Shown piece by piece: positions 1 to 10,194 of a stretch of 64,000 nt of DNA. The stretch's first letter is position 1. Every line of letters begins with the position of its first letter. The stretch is from positions 31,580 through 95,579 of IMG/VR virus record IMGVR_UViG_3300042314_001251. One strand, 5' to 3'. The DNA comes from a virus (taxonomy: Duplodnaviria > Heunggongvirae > Uroviricota > Caudoviricetes). The notes beneath the pieces are model-generated. The model ran no database searches. It was not told the DNA's origin and saw nothing but the letters and a program-made list of their open reading frames with translations. Position numbers and translations under genes: made by a program.

Positions 1-176
1 AAACAAAGTTTTTAACTAATGGGTTCAAAGATACGTTTAGATACTTTAGTTTTTCGGATGATACAGTAATATATCATTTATGTGTTGAACCACAAGGTAT
101 TCTAGAAATAACGGGTAGTCATAAAAGTTCTACAACTAAAAGTGAACCAAGATATAAAGTAAAAATAAAAGAATAA
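1..176 (+). CDS. 3' end of an upstream hypothetical CDS (partial, frame 3, stop TAA 174-176 overlapping next ATG)
   Basis: Open frame from window edge to TAA; TAATG overlap with the next gene start suggests translational coupling. Confidence 0.35.
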   Translation, partial: TKFLTNGFKDTFRYFSFSDDTVIYHLCVEPQGILEITGSHKSSTTKSEPRYKVKIKE

Positions 177-1321
177 TGGCAAATAATGTAAGTTTAAAAT
201 TAACCAATTACGGATTACGTAGAGTAATGACTAATGGTGCTGAACAGAGTTTTAAGTATTTTAGCTTATCTGATATGAATGAACTTTATTACGTCACTAC
301 GGACCCAAATCTGGAAGACATAATGAATATAACAGGTTCTAAAAATTTATTTACAGCAAGAAAATCATGTACTGACGCTATCCCAACGGAAGCACAAGTC
401 ACACCACCACCAATGCAAGAAATGGTAAAGACTGCACAGAGATGGGTTGTTAATTTTTACAAACAAGACTGTGGTGTTAATGATTACACTAGTAGTAATC
501 TAACAATGACAATAAACTTACACGAATACTTTGCTTGGTTAACGGATGTAACAACTTATTCAGCTTATACAGAAAATCTAGAAACAAGTTTAAAATTATT
601 CCAAGGGATTTATTTAGTAAAACAAGAACAAGACTTTGTGACTAATGCTTGGTCTAATTTAGATACAACAAATAACTTTGTTACTTCATATGAATTCTTT
701 GGTGATGAGGATAAAAAGAACTACGTAAACTTTAATAGTAAGTATATAAGTTTTGATAACGGTGTTAGAACCCAATCAGATAAATCTTTTGATAGATTCT
801 ATACTGGATTACTATTTGGTTTTGGTGCTAATATAGAAGGTAATAATTACTTAGAAGGTCATAACTCATTTTTAACATTTAACGCCCCACAATTTGGGTA
901 CGTTGTTAATGGTTTAACAAACTTTATTCCATTTAACAAAATGGGTACAGCTTCTAGTTATAAGGAAATTAGACCGGCAGTATTACTTGGAAGTAATGGT
1001 TCTAAAGATGTTTATTATTTAAAAGAACCTAGAACATATAATTCAGTTGATTTAAATGGTTTTATGGCTCAAGCCATTTGGGGGTACCAAAATTCAGATG
1101 AACAATCTTTAATTATCGGTATGATTGAAAAAGCTAAAAATCATGTTGAGTTTTATTTTAAAGAAACTTCATTTGATAAATGGGAGATGCCAATTAATCT
1201 TAGACTAAGACTTAACGATACTGGAGACCTACCGATTATAGGTGGTAATGTAAGTTTAAACTTCGTTTATGAACCTAATGCAACAATATTAGGATATAAC
1301 AATATATTAATAGTTAACTAA
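176..1321 (+). CDS. hypothetical protein, N/T/G/Y-rich; possibly virion structural (tail-fibre-like)
   Basis: 381-aa ORF, ATG start; composition typical of receptor-binding/structural proteins; no catalytic motif seen. Confidence 0.55.
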   Translation: MANNVSLKLTNYGLRRVMTNGAEQSFKYFSLSDMNELYYVTTDPNLEDIMNITGSKNLFTARKSCTDAIPTEAQVTPPPMQEMVKTAQRWVVNFYKQDCGVNDYTSSNLTMTINLHEYFAWLTDVTTYSAYTENLETSLKLFQGIYLVKQEQDFVTNAWSNLDTTNNFVTSYEFFGDEDKKNYVNFNSKYISFDNGVRTQSDKSFDRFYTGLLFGFGANIEGNNYLEGHNSFLTFNAPQFGYVVNGLTNFIPFNKMGTASSYKEIRPAVLLGSNGSKDVYYLKEPRTYNSVDLNGFMAQAIWGYQNSDEQSLIIGMIEKAKNHVEFYFKETSFDKWEMPINLRLRLNDTGDLPIIGGNVSLNFVYEPNATILGYNNILIVN

Positions 1322-1623
1322 TGGTAAAGATATATTACAATACTTTAAGTGATTATAATAATCAGAATAAATTTAATGACTTAGTTGAAGGAAACAATAA
1401 TGCTGAATACAACGCTTTCCTTTCGTCAAGTTCTGTCGACCTTTACTATAAAGTTAATGATAGGTTACAAACAATTAATTTAGGAGCAGCAGATGTGATA
1501 CCTTTAGGTCTTAATGGAATGAGGTTATTACCCGTTTCATTCACTGTTCAAAAAGTTAATAATAGTGGTATAGCTATTTCATACGATAGTACCACAAACA
1601 CTCAAACAATAACAACAATTTAA
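1321..1623 (+). CDS. hypothetical small protein
   Basis: 100-aa ORF; start overlaps upstream stop (TAATG). Confidence 0.5.
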   Translation: MVKIYYNTLSDYNNQNKFNDLVEGNNNAEYNAFLSSSSVDLYYKVNDRLQTINLGAADVIPLGLNGMRLLPVSFTVQKVNNSGIAISYDSTTNTQTITTI

Positions 1624-1634
1624 ATAAAAAATTA

Positions 1635-2786
1635 ATGAGTTCATTAGTACCTGTAGAAAATGTTAACATAAAAACAACCGAAGAGGAAAGTTCATATTTT
1701 TATGCAATCCCTGGTAATGAAATAGAATGGACATACGTACCATCTTCTTCAAATTCAGGATTTACAACTAATGTGTGGTCACATTTCTACGCTAATCTTG
1801 GTTTATACACAGATGAAATAGCTGATAACTATAATATATCTTTTAATAATGGTGGTTATTTAGGTACCTCATTAGAAAAACTTTATGAAGCTTATAATAG
1901 TACTGGTATTATTGTTGGTTTAATTAATAACGAAACATATAGACAAGCTTTAATTGGTAGAGATGGGGCACTTGTAATACCGACATCCTTTACGGGAAGT
2001 ACTTTATCAGGTATAACCGCTTTAACTAATTATTTTACTTTTTATAATACACCTGAAATCTTAACTAGAAACACAGCTGGTGTTTGTGCTAAAACTGTTG
2101 GTGATACTAGAAAATTTGAGTCACTAAAAGAGGCTGTTATTGATACAGGTATGGGCCAAGAAACTGGTAGGGGTAATAACGGACCTACTTATGAAAGTGG
2201 AATTGTATTTTTATTTAATGATTATACAAGTTTAACTACAGGGTCTACTTCAGGATTCAGTCAGGCACATAAAGTCACAAATCCTTACGCAAACGGTAAA
2301 TTAACTGCTAGATTTAATGGTAGTGGTTATCATTTAGCGGCTGGTATGGTAGATTGTATTAGTGGTATAGTTACTCTTTGGGACCCAACGATTGTTCAAG
2401 GATTTAATTTTGCTTTAGCAACAGGAGGTACGGGAACAACAAGAGCAACATTCGCACCAAATATTTCTTACACAGTTGTTACAGACTATGATAGTAGTGT
2501 ATCAGCAGATGTTAGAATTAATGCTTCACCAGATATTTTAAAATTCACAACTAACCCATCTAGAAAACAAGCTATTGCTAATGGTGAGACTAATTGTGAG
2601 GAAGTGGTTAAAGTAACACAAGTGTGTCTATATGATACAGCTGGACAAGTTACCGCTATTGGAACACCAACAAGTATTATTGAGAAAACTGACAACTATG
2701 TTGTATTGAATCTTAGTGTTAAATTGGATGGTGGAATTGGAACTGTATGGGGTACATCAGTAAATACTTCTGTATACCCATCATAA
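1635..2786 (+). CDS. hypothetical Thr/Gly-rich protein; possibly structural
   Basis: 383-aa ORF, ATG start, T/G/S-rich. Confidence 0.55.
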   Translation: MSSLVPVENVNIKTTEEESSYFYAIPGNEIEWTYVPSSSNSGFTTNVWSHFYANLGLYTDEIADNYNISFNNGGYLGTSLEKLYEAYNSTGIIVGLINNETYRQALIGRDGALVIPTSFTGSTLSGITALTNYFTFYNTPEILTRNTAGVCAKTVGDTRKFESLKEAVIDTGMGQETGRGNNGPTYESGIVFLFNDYTSLTTGSTSGFSQAHKVTNPYANGKLTARFNGSGYHLAAGMVDCISGIVTLWDPTIVQGFNFALATGGTGTTRATFAPNISYTVVTDYDSSVSADVRINASPDILKFTTNPSRKQAIANGETNCEEVVKVTQVCLYDTAGQVTAIGTPTSIIEKTDNYVVLNLSVKLDGGIGTVWGTSVNTSVYPS

Positions 2787-2807
2787 TATAAATAAAAAAT
2801 GTTTTAA

Positions 2808-3440
2808 ATGTCAAGAATACTCGGACTAGATGTGTCAACAAAAACCATTGGTATGGCTTTATTTGAAGCTGACGGAAAATTGTTAGAATTAACGCACATC
2901 ACACCAAAAATTAAACCTCAACCTGAAACAAAACTAGAAGAATTGTTTAAAAAGGTTGATGCTTTTGAAAGATTAATAACTCGTTATATTGAGTTTGATA
3001 TTGAGAAAGTTATAATTGAAGAACCTTTATTGAATAGTAATAACGTATATACTGTTGCCACATTACTTAAGTTTAATGGGATGATATCTAAGGTAGTATC
3101 AGAGGTATTAAATGTCATACCAGACTTTGTATCATCAAACGACGCTAGAAGGTACTCCTTCCCTGAATTGGTTCAATTAAGAACACATAATAAGAAAGGT
3201 GAACCATACAAACAAAAAGATATTGATAGGGCTACACCTGTTTTATTTGGTGCTTTCTCTTGGGAGGTTGATAAAAAACAAATTATTTGGGAAAAAATAG
3301 CTGATTTGGAACCACAAATTGTTTGGGAGTATGATAGAAACCAAAAACTTAAAAAAGAAAATTTTGATATGACGGATAGTTACGCCGCTGTCAGAGGGTT
3401 TATGTGTAAAGAAAACCATTGGGATTGTACCAAAAAATAA
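2808..3440 (+). CDS. RuvC-like Holliday-junction resolvase (YqgF/RuvC fold)
   Basis: N-terminal ILGLDVSTKTIGMALFE resembles the RuvC ILGIDPG..G motif; acidic IIEEP follows. Confidence 0.55.
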   Translation: MSRILGLDVSTKTIGMALFEADGKLLELTHITPKIKPQPETKLEELFKKVDAFERLITRYIEFDIEKVIIEEPLLNSNNVYTVATLLKFNGMISKVVSEVLNVIPDFVSSNDARRYSFPELVQLRTHNKKGEPYKQKDIDRATPVLFGAFSWEVDKKQIIWEKIADLEPQIVWEYDRNQKLKKENFDMTDSYAAVRGFMCKENHWDCTKK

Positions 3441-3465
3441 CCCACATTATATAAAAAATTATTAA

Positions 3466-3500
3466 ATATCGGCCAATTTTGACCGATATTTTTGTTTTAT
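3466..3500 (+). terminator. intrinsic terminator
   Basis: 7-bp stem ATATCGG/CCGATAT, 10-nt loop, then TTTTTGTTTT. Confidence 0.6.
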
Positions 3501-3513
3501 TGAAAAAATATAC

Positions 3514-3521
3514 TATATTTG
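3514..3521 (+). promoter_or_regulatory. Bacteroidota-type -7 box TAtaTTTG, 5 nt before ATG of 3526; TTTG at 3491-3494 is a plausible -33 element
   Basis: Exact match to TAnnTTTG; spacing to the upstream TTTG is about 19 nt. Confidence 0.55.
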
Positions 3522-3525
3522 TATT

Positions 3526-4002
3526 ATGACTGAAAATAAAAAACTAGCATTAGAATGTTTATGGGAAGAGGCTAAGATGTATTCTAAATTATATTATGAA
3601 ACAAAAGATGAATATAAAAAACATAAATACGTTTCACACTTTAGAAGTCCAATCTATGACGAAACAAACACAACATTCTTTCAAAAAGAATTTATTTCTT
3701 TAAGAGCCTTTAACAAAGAAGGTAGAGTTACAGAGGAACACTGTAATGGTAGAACTAACTGTTCTAAAAAATTATTAGAAAAAATACATTCAGAAGAAAT
3801 CGTAACTTTTGATGAGTTCATTAATTTCCTAAAAGACTATTGTTATACAATAAAAATATTGTCAGAGGAAAATGTTTCTGTATCAACGTACCTTAAAAAA
3901 CATAAAGAAAAAAACTTTATAGAGGCTTATAGTGACTTGGGTATTATAATTTGTGACCAAGAAGGTACAGTAATCGAAGAACTTAACTTACCTATTATTT
4001 AA
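3526..4002 (+). CDS. hypothetical protein
   Basis: 158-aa ORF, ATG start immediately after the -7 box. Confidence 0.55.
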   Translation: MTENKKLALECLWEEAKMYSKLYYETKDEYKKHKYVSHFRSPIYDETNTTFFQKEFISLRAFNKEGRVTEEHCNGRTNCSKKLLEKIHSEEIVTFDEFINFLKDYCYTIKILSEENVSVSTYLKKHKEKNFIEAYSDLGIIICDQEGTVIEELNLPII

Positions 4003-4003
4003 T

Positions 4004-4969
4004 ATGGTTGAAAACTCACTCATTTACGGTATAATTTTGGATGTCTTAGGGAAACCTAAAAAGACAAATGTTTCTAAACAACAATATAGTTTTGATTGTC
4101 CTGTTTGTTCTGCCGAAAAAGGTGAATATGAAGGTGATGGTAAAGGTAATTTAGAGGTTAACTTATCTGAGGGTGTTTATAATTGTTGGGCTTGTGGTGA
4201 GGTTAATGGAACCAAGGGTAGTCTTAAAAAATTATTCAGAAGTTTTGCTAACAAACAACAAGTTAAAAAACTAAAAATGATTGGTTACACTTTAGATGAT
4301 TTTAAATCTAAAGTAAAAGATGCCAACGTTATCGAAGACTTAACCTTACCAAAAGGATTTATTAGTTTTGAAGAAGGTAACCCTAAATCACTGTTATATA
4401 AACAAGCTTGGAATTATCTTACTAAAGAAAGAAAAATTAAAAAAGAAATAATCCAAAGATATAAAATGGGTTATGTTAGTGGGGGACAGTACGACTCTAG
4501 GGTTGTAATTCCTTCTTATGATATTAATAATGAATTAAATTATTGGGTAACAAGAACTTATGTTAATGCAAAACCAAAGTACTTAAATCCTGATTCGGAT
4601 AAAGAAATTTTAATATTTAACGAATGTTGTGTAGATTGGGATTCAGATGTTTATTTGGTTGAAGGACCTTTTGACCATATTGTAGTTCATAACTCAATCC
4701 CACTATTGGGTAAAAAAATTTCTGATAAACTAATGCATTCTTTATTCCATAAAACAAACGGTAATGTAATAATTCTCTTAGATGATGATGCATGGGAAGA
4801 CGCTAAAAAACATTATGCAAAGTTGAATGTTGGAAAATTATTTGGTAGAATTAGAATTGTTAAAATGAAAGAAGGTTATGATATAGCCAAAATTCATGAA
4901 GACTTTGGTAGAGAAGGTGTGATTGAATGTATGAAAAGTGGTATTATTCTTAAAGAAAGTGAATTGTGA
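4004..4969 (+). CDS. DNA primase (zinc ribbon + TOPRIM; T4 gp61/DnaG-like)
   Basis: CPVCS...CWACGE zinc ribbon; TOPRIM-like YLVEGPFD (Glu) and ILLDDDAWED (DxD). Confidence 0.65.
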   Translation: MVENSLIYGIILDVLGKPKKTNVSKQQYSFDCPVCSAEKGEYEGDGKGNLEVNLSEGVYNCWACGEVNGTKGSLKKLFRSFANKQQVKKLKMIGYTLDDFKSKVKDANVIEDLTLPKGFISFEEGNPKSLLYKQAWNYLTKERKIKKEIIQRYKMGYVSGGQYDSRVVIPSYDINNELNYWVTRTYVNAKPKYLNPDSDKEILIFNECCVDWDSDVYLVEGPFDHIVVHNSIPLLGKKISDKLMHSLFHKTNGNVIILLDDDAWEDAKKHYAKLNVGKLFGRIRIVKMKEGYDIAKIHEDFGREGVIECMKSGIILKESEL

Positions 4970-5178
4970 TGGGATTTAATAAAAGAATTATTAAGAAAGA
5001 AATTTTATTAGAAAGATTTAGACTTGAGGGTTATCAAGGAATTATAAATTATATAGGTAATGCTGATGCATTACTTGGTTTAACTGATGAAATAAGGGAG
5101 ATATTGGATATCACTTACTGTGATAATTGCCCAACTAAAAAGAATGTTGAGATTAATAAAGTAATAAATGGCAAATAA
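4969..5178 (+). CDS. hypothetical small protein
   Basis: ORF track begins at a GTG at 4966; ATG at 4969 overlaps the upstream TGA stop. Confidence 0.4.
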   Translation: MGFNKRIIKKEILLERFRLEGYQGIINYIGNADALLGLTDEIREILDITYCDNCPTKKNVEINKVINGK

Positions 5179-5917
5179 ATGGGAAACACAAGTTTGGTTA
5201 GAACCGATAGAACATAAATATTATCATAAGGAAACTAACGAAGTTTTTAAATCAGTAACAACAATTTTATCATTATTGGAACCTCATTTCGATAGTGACT
5301 CAGTGGCTTACGCAATATCCCAACAGTCGGATGATGTAAAAAAACCTGAGTATGTTGGTATGACCAAGGGTGAGATATTAGTAGAATGGGAACGTATTAA
5401 TCGTGAGGCAAATGAATATGGTACTGAAGTCCATGAAATATTGGAGAGGTACCTATTGGCTGATAGGATATACATACCTAAAAACGATTATGAAAGAGAG
5501 GTAATAAGTAAATTCCAAGAAGTAGATGATATGTCTGGTACAGTTTACCCAGAAGCAGTTTTATTTAGTGAAAAATATAAAATTTGTGGAACAGCGGATA
5601 TTGTAGAGGATTGTGGTGATTATTTTAATATATTGGACTTTAAAACAAATAAAGAACTAAATTACATATCAAAATACAATCAATGGTTAAATAAACCAGT
5701 ATCACATTTATCAGATTGTCAATACAACGTATACGCTCTACAACTATCTATATATGCATACATGATACAAATGCAAACAAGAAAAAAAGTTGGTAAACTA
5801 CAGATATTTTATTTAAACCCACAAAAAGATTATACCTTTGAAAAAATTAATATGCCCTATTTGGGTAGGGATGCCAAAGCAATTTTGGACTATTGGTTAG
5901 AAAAAAATAAAAAATAA
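5168..5917 (+). CDS. PD-(D/E)xK family nuclease (RecB/Cas4-like exonuclease fold)
   Basis: TADIVED...ILDFKTNK motif (D..D/ExK) and downstream QLSIYAYM (QxxxY). Confidence 0.5.
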   Translation: MANKWETQVWLEPIEHKYYHKETNEVFKSVTTILSLLEPHFDSDSVAYAISQQSDDVKKPEYVGMTKGEILVEWERINREANEYGTEVHEILERYLLADRIYIPKNDYEREVISKFQEVDDMSGTVYPEAVLFSEKYKICGTADIVEDCGDYFNILDFKTNKELNYISKYNQWLNKPVSHLSDCQYNVYALQLSIYAYMIQMQTRKKVGKLQIFYLNPQKDYTFEKINMPYLGRDAKAILDYWLEKNKK

Positions 5918-5969
5918 AGTCTTTAGTGTTTAATATTTTTTGTCTATTATTTATTAAATAAACAGATAT

Positions 5970-7121
5970 ATGAGTGATAAAATAGAATTCGAACCTAAAT
6001 TAACTTTAGAGGAGACAATTGGAATAAAAGATAGATTTATAAATTTTTACCGAGACCTTGAGTCAATCCAAGACTATTTTTTGGCTAGAAAAAAAGAAAA
6101 AATTGTGGATATTAACCACGATAAATACACTAAAAACATGTTTGATGATTATAGTGTTGAGCCAAAAAACATGGAATTTGAAATCGAGGTGATTGAGGGT
6201 AATTTATTTAATCCTTCTACACAGATTATCACTTCACTACCTTTAGAATCACAAATCGGTAGACAAATCATGATGGGTATTAGAGAAAAAACCACTAACA
6301 AATATGTTGGGTTTATTCGTGTGGCTTCACCTGTTTTATCTATTAAACCTAGAAATGATTTCTTTGGTGAAACAATTAGAGCTACAGCTGTTAATAGACA
6401 TATGATTAATGGGGCCATTATTGTTCCTGTACAACCTTTTGGGTATAACTACTTAGGTGGTAAACTATTAGCTTTAATTTCATGTTCACACGAAATTAAA
6501 AATATGTTAAAAGAAAAGTATGGTGATAAAATCGATACTTGTTTTTTTGAAACAACCTCCCTTTATGGTGACATCAAAGGTATGAGTCAATACGATGGTT
6601 TAAAACCATATATCCGTTACCAAGACATGACAGAATCAGATTTGTTTTTATTCCCAACAGAAGAAGTTTATGGGCCGATTAGAGCTAAAATGAGAGAGTT
6701 ATACGGTAACCCTGAATGGGGTGGAAATACTGTAGACCCTGTACCATCAGGACCAAAGATGAGAGAGTTTAATAAGGCAATATCAGTCCTTAAAAATCAC
6801 CTTAAACATTATGATATCGATGCTTATAATGAGTTTCATTCTTTCACCAAAACACATATGAAAGCCAAAACCAAAAAGAGATATTATTATTCAAACTTTG
6901 GATACGACAATGTTATTGAACATGTTAATTCTGGTGGTGAAATTCCTTTAATTGAAGGACAAAATTTCCATAAACACAAACTTTCTCATATGATTGAGTG
7001 GTGGAAAGGGAAAGCACAAAAAAGATACGAGAAACTTGTTGAGGAAAATAAACTAAGACACGAAATGGAAATCTACACTCTTGAAAGAATAGAGAATAAC
7101 GATATAGACATGGTGAGATAA
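5970..7121 (+). CDS. hypothetical protein
   Basis: 383-aa ORF, ATG start. Confidence 0.55.
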   Translation: MSDKIEFEPKLTLEETIGIKDRFINFYRDLESIQDYFLARKKEKIVDINHDKYTKNMFDDYSVEPKNMEFEIEVIEGNLFNPSTQIITSLPLESQIGRQIMMGIREKTTNKYVGFIRVASPVLSIKPRNDFFGETIRATAVNRHMINGAIIVPVQPFGYNYLGGKLLALISCSHEIKNMLKEKYGDKIDTCFFETTSLYGDIKGMSQYDGLKPYIRYQDMTESDLFLFPTEEVYGPIRAKMRELYGNPEWGGNTVDPVPSGPKMREFNKAISVLKNHLKHYDIDAYNEFHSFTKTHMKAKTKKRYYYSNFGYDNVIEHVNSGGEIPLIEGQNFHKHKLSHMIEWWKGKAQKRYEKLVEENKLRHEMEIYTLERIENNDIDMVR

Positions 7122-7538
7122 ATGTACGTCGAAGTAAGTGGTAGACAAACAGGTAAATCAACTAGGATGGTTGAGGACATAGTTCTTTTTTTAGAAGAAA
7201 ATGGTGGAAAAACAGCTTTAGTGGTTTCACCAACAGGGGCTAGTAGAAAACTAATAAAAGAAAAGATATTTCAAAAATGTGGTTACTGTATAAACAGAGT
7301 AATTACATCACATAAGATGTTACCACCCATGAATACCATGAAACAATATGTAGATGAGTTTTTTTATGTAAAAGAAAAAGATTTATTTATTGACGGAAGT
7401 GCTTATTATGCTGGTACACCTAAATTAGAAGGTTTCACTGGAAAATACCAAGATATAATAGACCTATTTAACCAAAAAATGGGTAAAATGGTACAATTAA
7501 AACCAATAAAAAAACATGGATTTGGAGGAAGTGATTGA
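7122..7538 (+). CDS. small P-loop protein (Walker A SGRQTGKST); first member of a tandem paralog family sharing a basic C-terminal tail
   Basis: Walker A motif; C-terminus LKPIKKHGF resembles the tails of the next ORFs. Confidence 0.5.
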   Translation: MYVEVSGRQTGKSTRMVEDIVLFLEENGGKTALVVSPTGASRKLIKEKIFQKCGYCINRVITSHKMLPPMNTMKQYVDEFFYVKEKDLFIDGSAYYAGTPKLEGFTGKYQDIIDLFNQKMGKMVQLKPIKKHGFGGSD

Positions 7539-7917
7539 AAAGTGGGGTAACTTAGGTTTTTTAGATGGGTTAACCGAAGAGTTTAAAGGTAATACAGCTA
7601 TAACCTATGAAAAGGCTGCCACTATATTAATTAGTGATGGTCCTTTATTTGGTAGTGGTGATTTTTTAATAACTACTATATTCCCTATAATATATAGAAT
7701 TTGTAAAACAGGTTTAATTATTAAAAATGTCCCAAATTTAATACAAAAATTTGACCAGTTTATAACTGATAATAGAGAGGTTATTAGTGATTTACATGGA
7801 ACAAATTTTGATGCTGAGGCTGAGTTATGTAGTTTTTTTGCTGAAGACTATTGTGAATGGATTAAAGACAATCCTGAAATGGACCCAATAAAATATATAC
7901 CAAAACATAAATTATAA
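7516..7917 (+). CDS. paralog-family small protein (N-terminal W..LGFLDGL, C-terminal ..YIPKHKL)
   Basis: Shares N- and C-terminal motifs with 7917, 8210 and 9662. Confidence 0.5.
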   Translation: MDLEEVIEKWGNLGFLDGLTEEFKGNTAITYEKAATILISDGPLFGSGDFLITTIFPIIYRICKTGLIIKNVPNLIQKFDQFITDNREVISDLHGTNFDAEAELCSFFAEDYCEWIKDNPEMDPIKYIPKHKL

Positions 7918-8210
7918 TGAATTTATCATACACCACATTCAAAAATTGGTTTTTAGATAATTACGGACATTTAGGATTTGATTTATCACCACTTTACCAA
8001 GACACACAAGATTTAAAATTTTATTTTGGTGTTTTATATAATAACAATAAAACACAGATGGTTAGGATAAGTTTGGAAAGAGTTTTAGATTTTACTGTTG
8101 GTGATAAGGAACTTAGAAAATTAATATTTGACACATTATTAACAACTTATGGTTATAGATTAGATGGTGATTTTATACCAATAAAAAAAATTAAACAATT
8201 TGAATTGTAA
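7917..8210 (+). CDS. paralog-family small protein (..NYGHLGFDL ... IPIKKIKQFEL)
   Basis: Motif sharing with neighbours; ATGA-type overlaps with flanking genes. Confidence 0.5.
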   Translation: MNLSYTTFKNWFLDNYGHLGFDLSPLYQDTQDLKFYFGVLYNNNKTQMVRISLERVLDFTVGDKELRKLIFDTLLTTYGYRLDGDFIPIKKIKQFEL

Positions 8211-8539
8211 TGGATGAAATTTCACAATGGTTTGAAAATGAGTTTGGTCATTTGGGGTTCACGGTTACACCTATAATGTATAACCCAGATAACTTTTCTC
8301 CCGTTAGGGGAGTTTTATTTAGGCATCCACGAGTAAGTAGTAATTATACTTTTAAAACTAATATACAAATTTCAGTTCAACTCACAGATGACGTATATCA
8401 TTCTAATTTTAATGTTGAAACTGAATATAAAGAATTACTTACAGAGGCAGTAATTCAATTTTTAAATATACACGGATTATCAATAGAGGATTTAAAAGAC
8501 TTTAAACCTATAAAAAAAATTAATAAATTTAAATTATGA
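8210..8539 (+). CDS. paralog-family small protein (..EFGHLGFTV ... KPIKKINKFKL)
   Basis: Motif sharing with neighbours. Confidence 0.5.
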   Translation: MDEISQWFENEFGHLGFTVTPIMYNPDNFSPVRGVLFRHPRVSSNYTFKTNIQISVQLTDDVYHSNFNVETEYKELLTEAVIQFLNIHGLSIEDLKDFKPIKKINKFKL

Positions 8540-9345
8540 TAAAAATAATCTATCACTGTGCTGATTTACACATCAGACTTTATAAAAGACACGATGAATA
8601 CCGTGAACAATTTCAAAAGTTCTTTGATTCAGTTAAAGAACATATGGAAGAAAACAACCTTAACAGAGAAGAGGTTAGGATTGTTATTGCTGGTGATGTG
8701 GTACACTCTAAGAATCAGTTAACACCTGAACTAGTAGATTTAACAACATGGTTCTTTAAAAATTGTTGTGACATTTGTGATACCATAGTTATTTTGGGTA
8801 ACCACGATTTCTTAGCCAATAACTTAGATAGAATGGATGCGTTAACACCCATTATTGATACAATGAATGATGATAGACTTAAGTTTTTAAAACACACAGG
8901 ATGTTTTGAGGATGAGAATATTGTTTGGTGTTTATATGGTCATATCGAAGGTTCACAGAGACCTGAAATAGAAAAGGCCAAAGAGGACTTTGGTGATAAG
9001 ACATACGTTGGTTTATATCATGACCCTTTAATTGGTTTAAAGACAAATGTTGGGTTTGAATTTGAGGACGGACAAGACATTTCTATTTTTGATGGTTGTG
9101 ATTTTGTTTGTTGTGGTGATATTCACTTATACCAAGTGATGAATTATCATGGAACTACTATCGTACAACCCTCATCAATGATACAACAAGATTTTGGTGA
9201 GTCTGTAGATAAACACGGGTTTGTTATATGGAATGTAGAAACTAAAAAACATAAACATATTAACTTAGAATCCGATTATGGGTTTTATACTTTTAAAATA
9301 AGCTCAATAGAGGATATTGAAAATGAAATAGAAAGGTTAGTATGA
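8536..9345 (+). CDS. sbcD: Mre11/SbcD-like calcineurin-fold nuclease
   Basis: Phosphoesterase motifs DLH, GD(x)nH, GNHDF and GDIH in the order expected for Mre11/SbcD (T4 gp47-like). Confidence 0.7.
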   Translation: MIKIIYHCADLHIRLYKRHDEYREQFQKFFDSVKEHMEENNLNREEVRIVIAGDVVHSKNQLTPELVDLTTWFFKNCCDICDTIVILGNHDFLANNLDRMDALTPIIDTMNDDRLKFLKHTGCFEDENIVWCLYGHIEGSQRPEIEKAKEDFGDKTYVGLYHDPLIGLKTNVGFEFEDGQDISIFDGCDFVCCGDIHLYQVMNYHGTTIVQPSSMIQQDFGESVDKHGFVIWNVETKKHKHINLESDYGFYTFKISSIEDIENEIERLV

Positions 9346-9656
9346 TAAAACCTAAAAAATATATAAAAAAATACCATTTTGGTGATTTTGATTATGAAAA
9401 GGAGTTAAATAGACTTTTAAATGAATTATCTGGACAGATTCAAAGTAGTAATAGAGGGGGACCTGCCAATTGGATTGTTTGTTCACCACAAGTAGCTGAT
9501 TCAATAAACTCAATGATTATGGAATCCCAAATAGGTGATTGGAGGATAGAAGATAACAGTTTTATACAAGATATACAATTAAGACCTAGAAGAGTACCTC
9601 AGTATCTTAACTTGGATATTAGTATCACTAACACAGATAATAATTATTTTTTATAA
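9342..9656 (+). CDS. hypothetical protein
   Basis: 104-aa ORF coupled to the upstream gene. Confidence 0.5.
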   Translation: MIKPKKYIKKYHFGDFDYEKELNRLLNELSGQIQSSNRGGPANWIVCSPQVADSINSMIMESQIGDWRIEDNSFIQDIQLRPRRVPQYLNLDISITNTDNNYFL

Positions 9657-9661
9657 ATAAA

Positions 9662-9976
9662 ATGGCAAATTTTTCAGGATTAACAACACAAAGAGAAGAA
9701 ATTATTAAAAAGTGGATGGACTCTGGGTTGTTAGATTGTTTAGACACTAATAATGAAACAAAAATAAATATAGCCTCATTACTTGAGGGTCAGACATCAC
9801 AGTTAATTAATGAAGTGGATGAAGTACCTAGCACTGGTGGTTTTGATACTATAGTGTTCCCAATAGTAAGAAGGATTTATCCTAGAACATTATTTCAAGA
9901 CTTACAGTCACATTACGTGGAATTTAAAAAAGATGGTTTAACACCATATAATTACGTTAAAAAACATAAATTATGA
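9662..9976 (+). CDS. paralog-family small protein (KKWMDSGLLDCLD ... YNYVKKHKL)
   Basis: Fifth member of the 7122-8539 family by terminal motifs. Confidence 0.5.
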   Translation: MANFSGLTTQREEIIKKWMDSGLLDCLDTNNETKINIASLLEGQTSQLINEVDEVPSTGGFDTIVFPIVRRIYPRTLFQDLQSHYVEFKKDGLTPYNYVKKHKL

Positions 9977-10194
9977 CAATAGGGGATAAAGTAAAATATG
10001 AGAATTCTTTTTCAGATACTATGATAGGTACTATAGTTAGTAAAGAACAACCTACTTGTAAATGTAAAGGAATGGGTAAATGGGTTATTGACTTTAGTGG
10101 TGAAATTAAAAAAATAAAAATAAGTGATGAAAGATTAAGTCTATATAATATAGAACCAACTATGACTAATTTAAATTTTAATTTTGGAAAATAA
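9973..10194 (+). CDS. hypothetical small protein
   Basis: 73-aa ORF; ATGA overlap with upstream gene. Confidence 0.45.
   Translation: MTIGDKVKYENSFSDTMIGTIVSKEQPTCKCKGMGKWVIDFSGEIKKIKISDERLSLYNIEPTMTNLNFNFGK

Noticed and set aside
7122-7538. Terminase large subunit (Walker A SGRQTGKST resembles the T4 gp17 RQLGKT)
   Set aside because: The ORF is only 138 aa with no nuclease domain, and its C-terminus matches the small paralog family. More likely it is a small P-loop protein. No terminase or portal genes are evident in this window.
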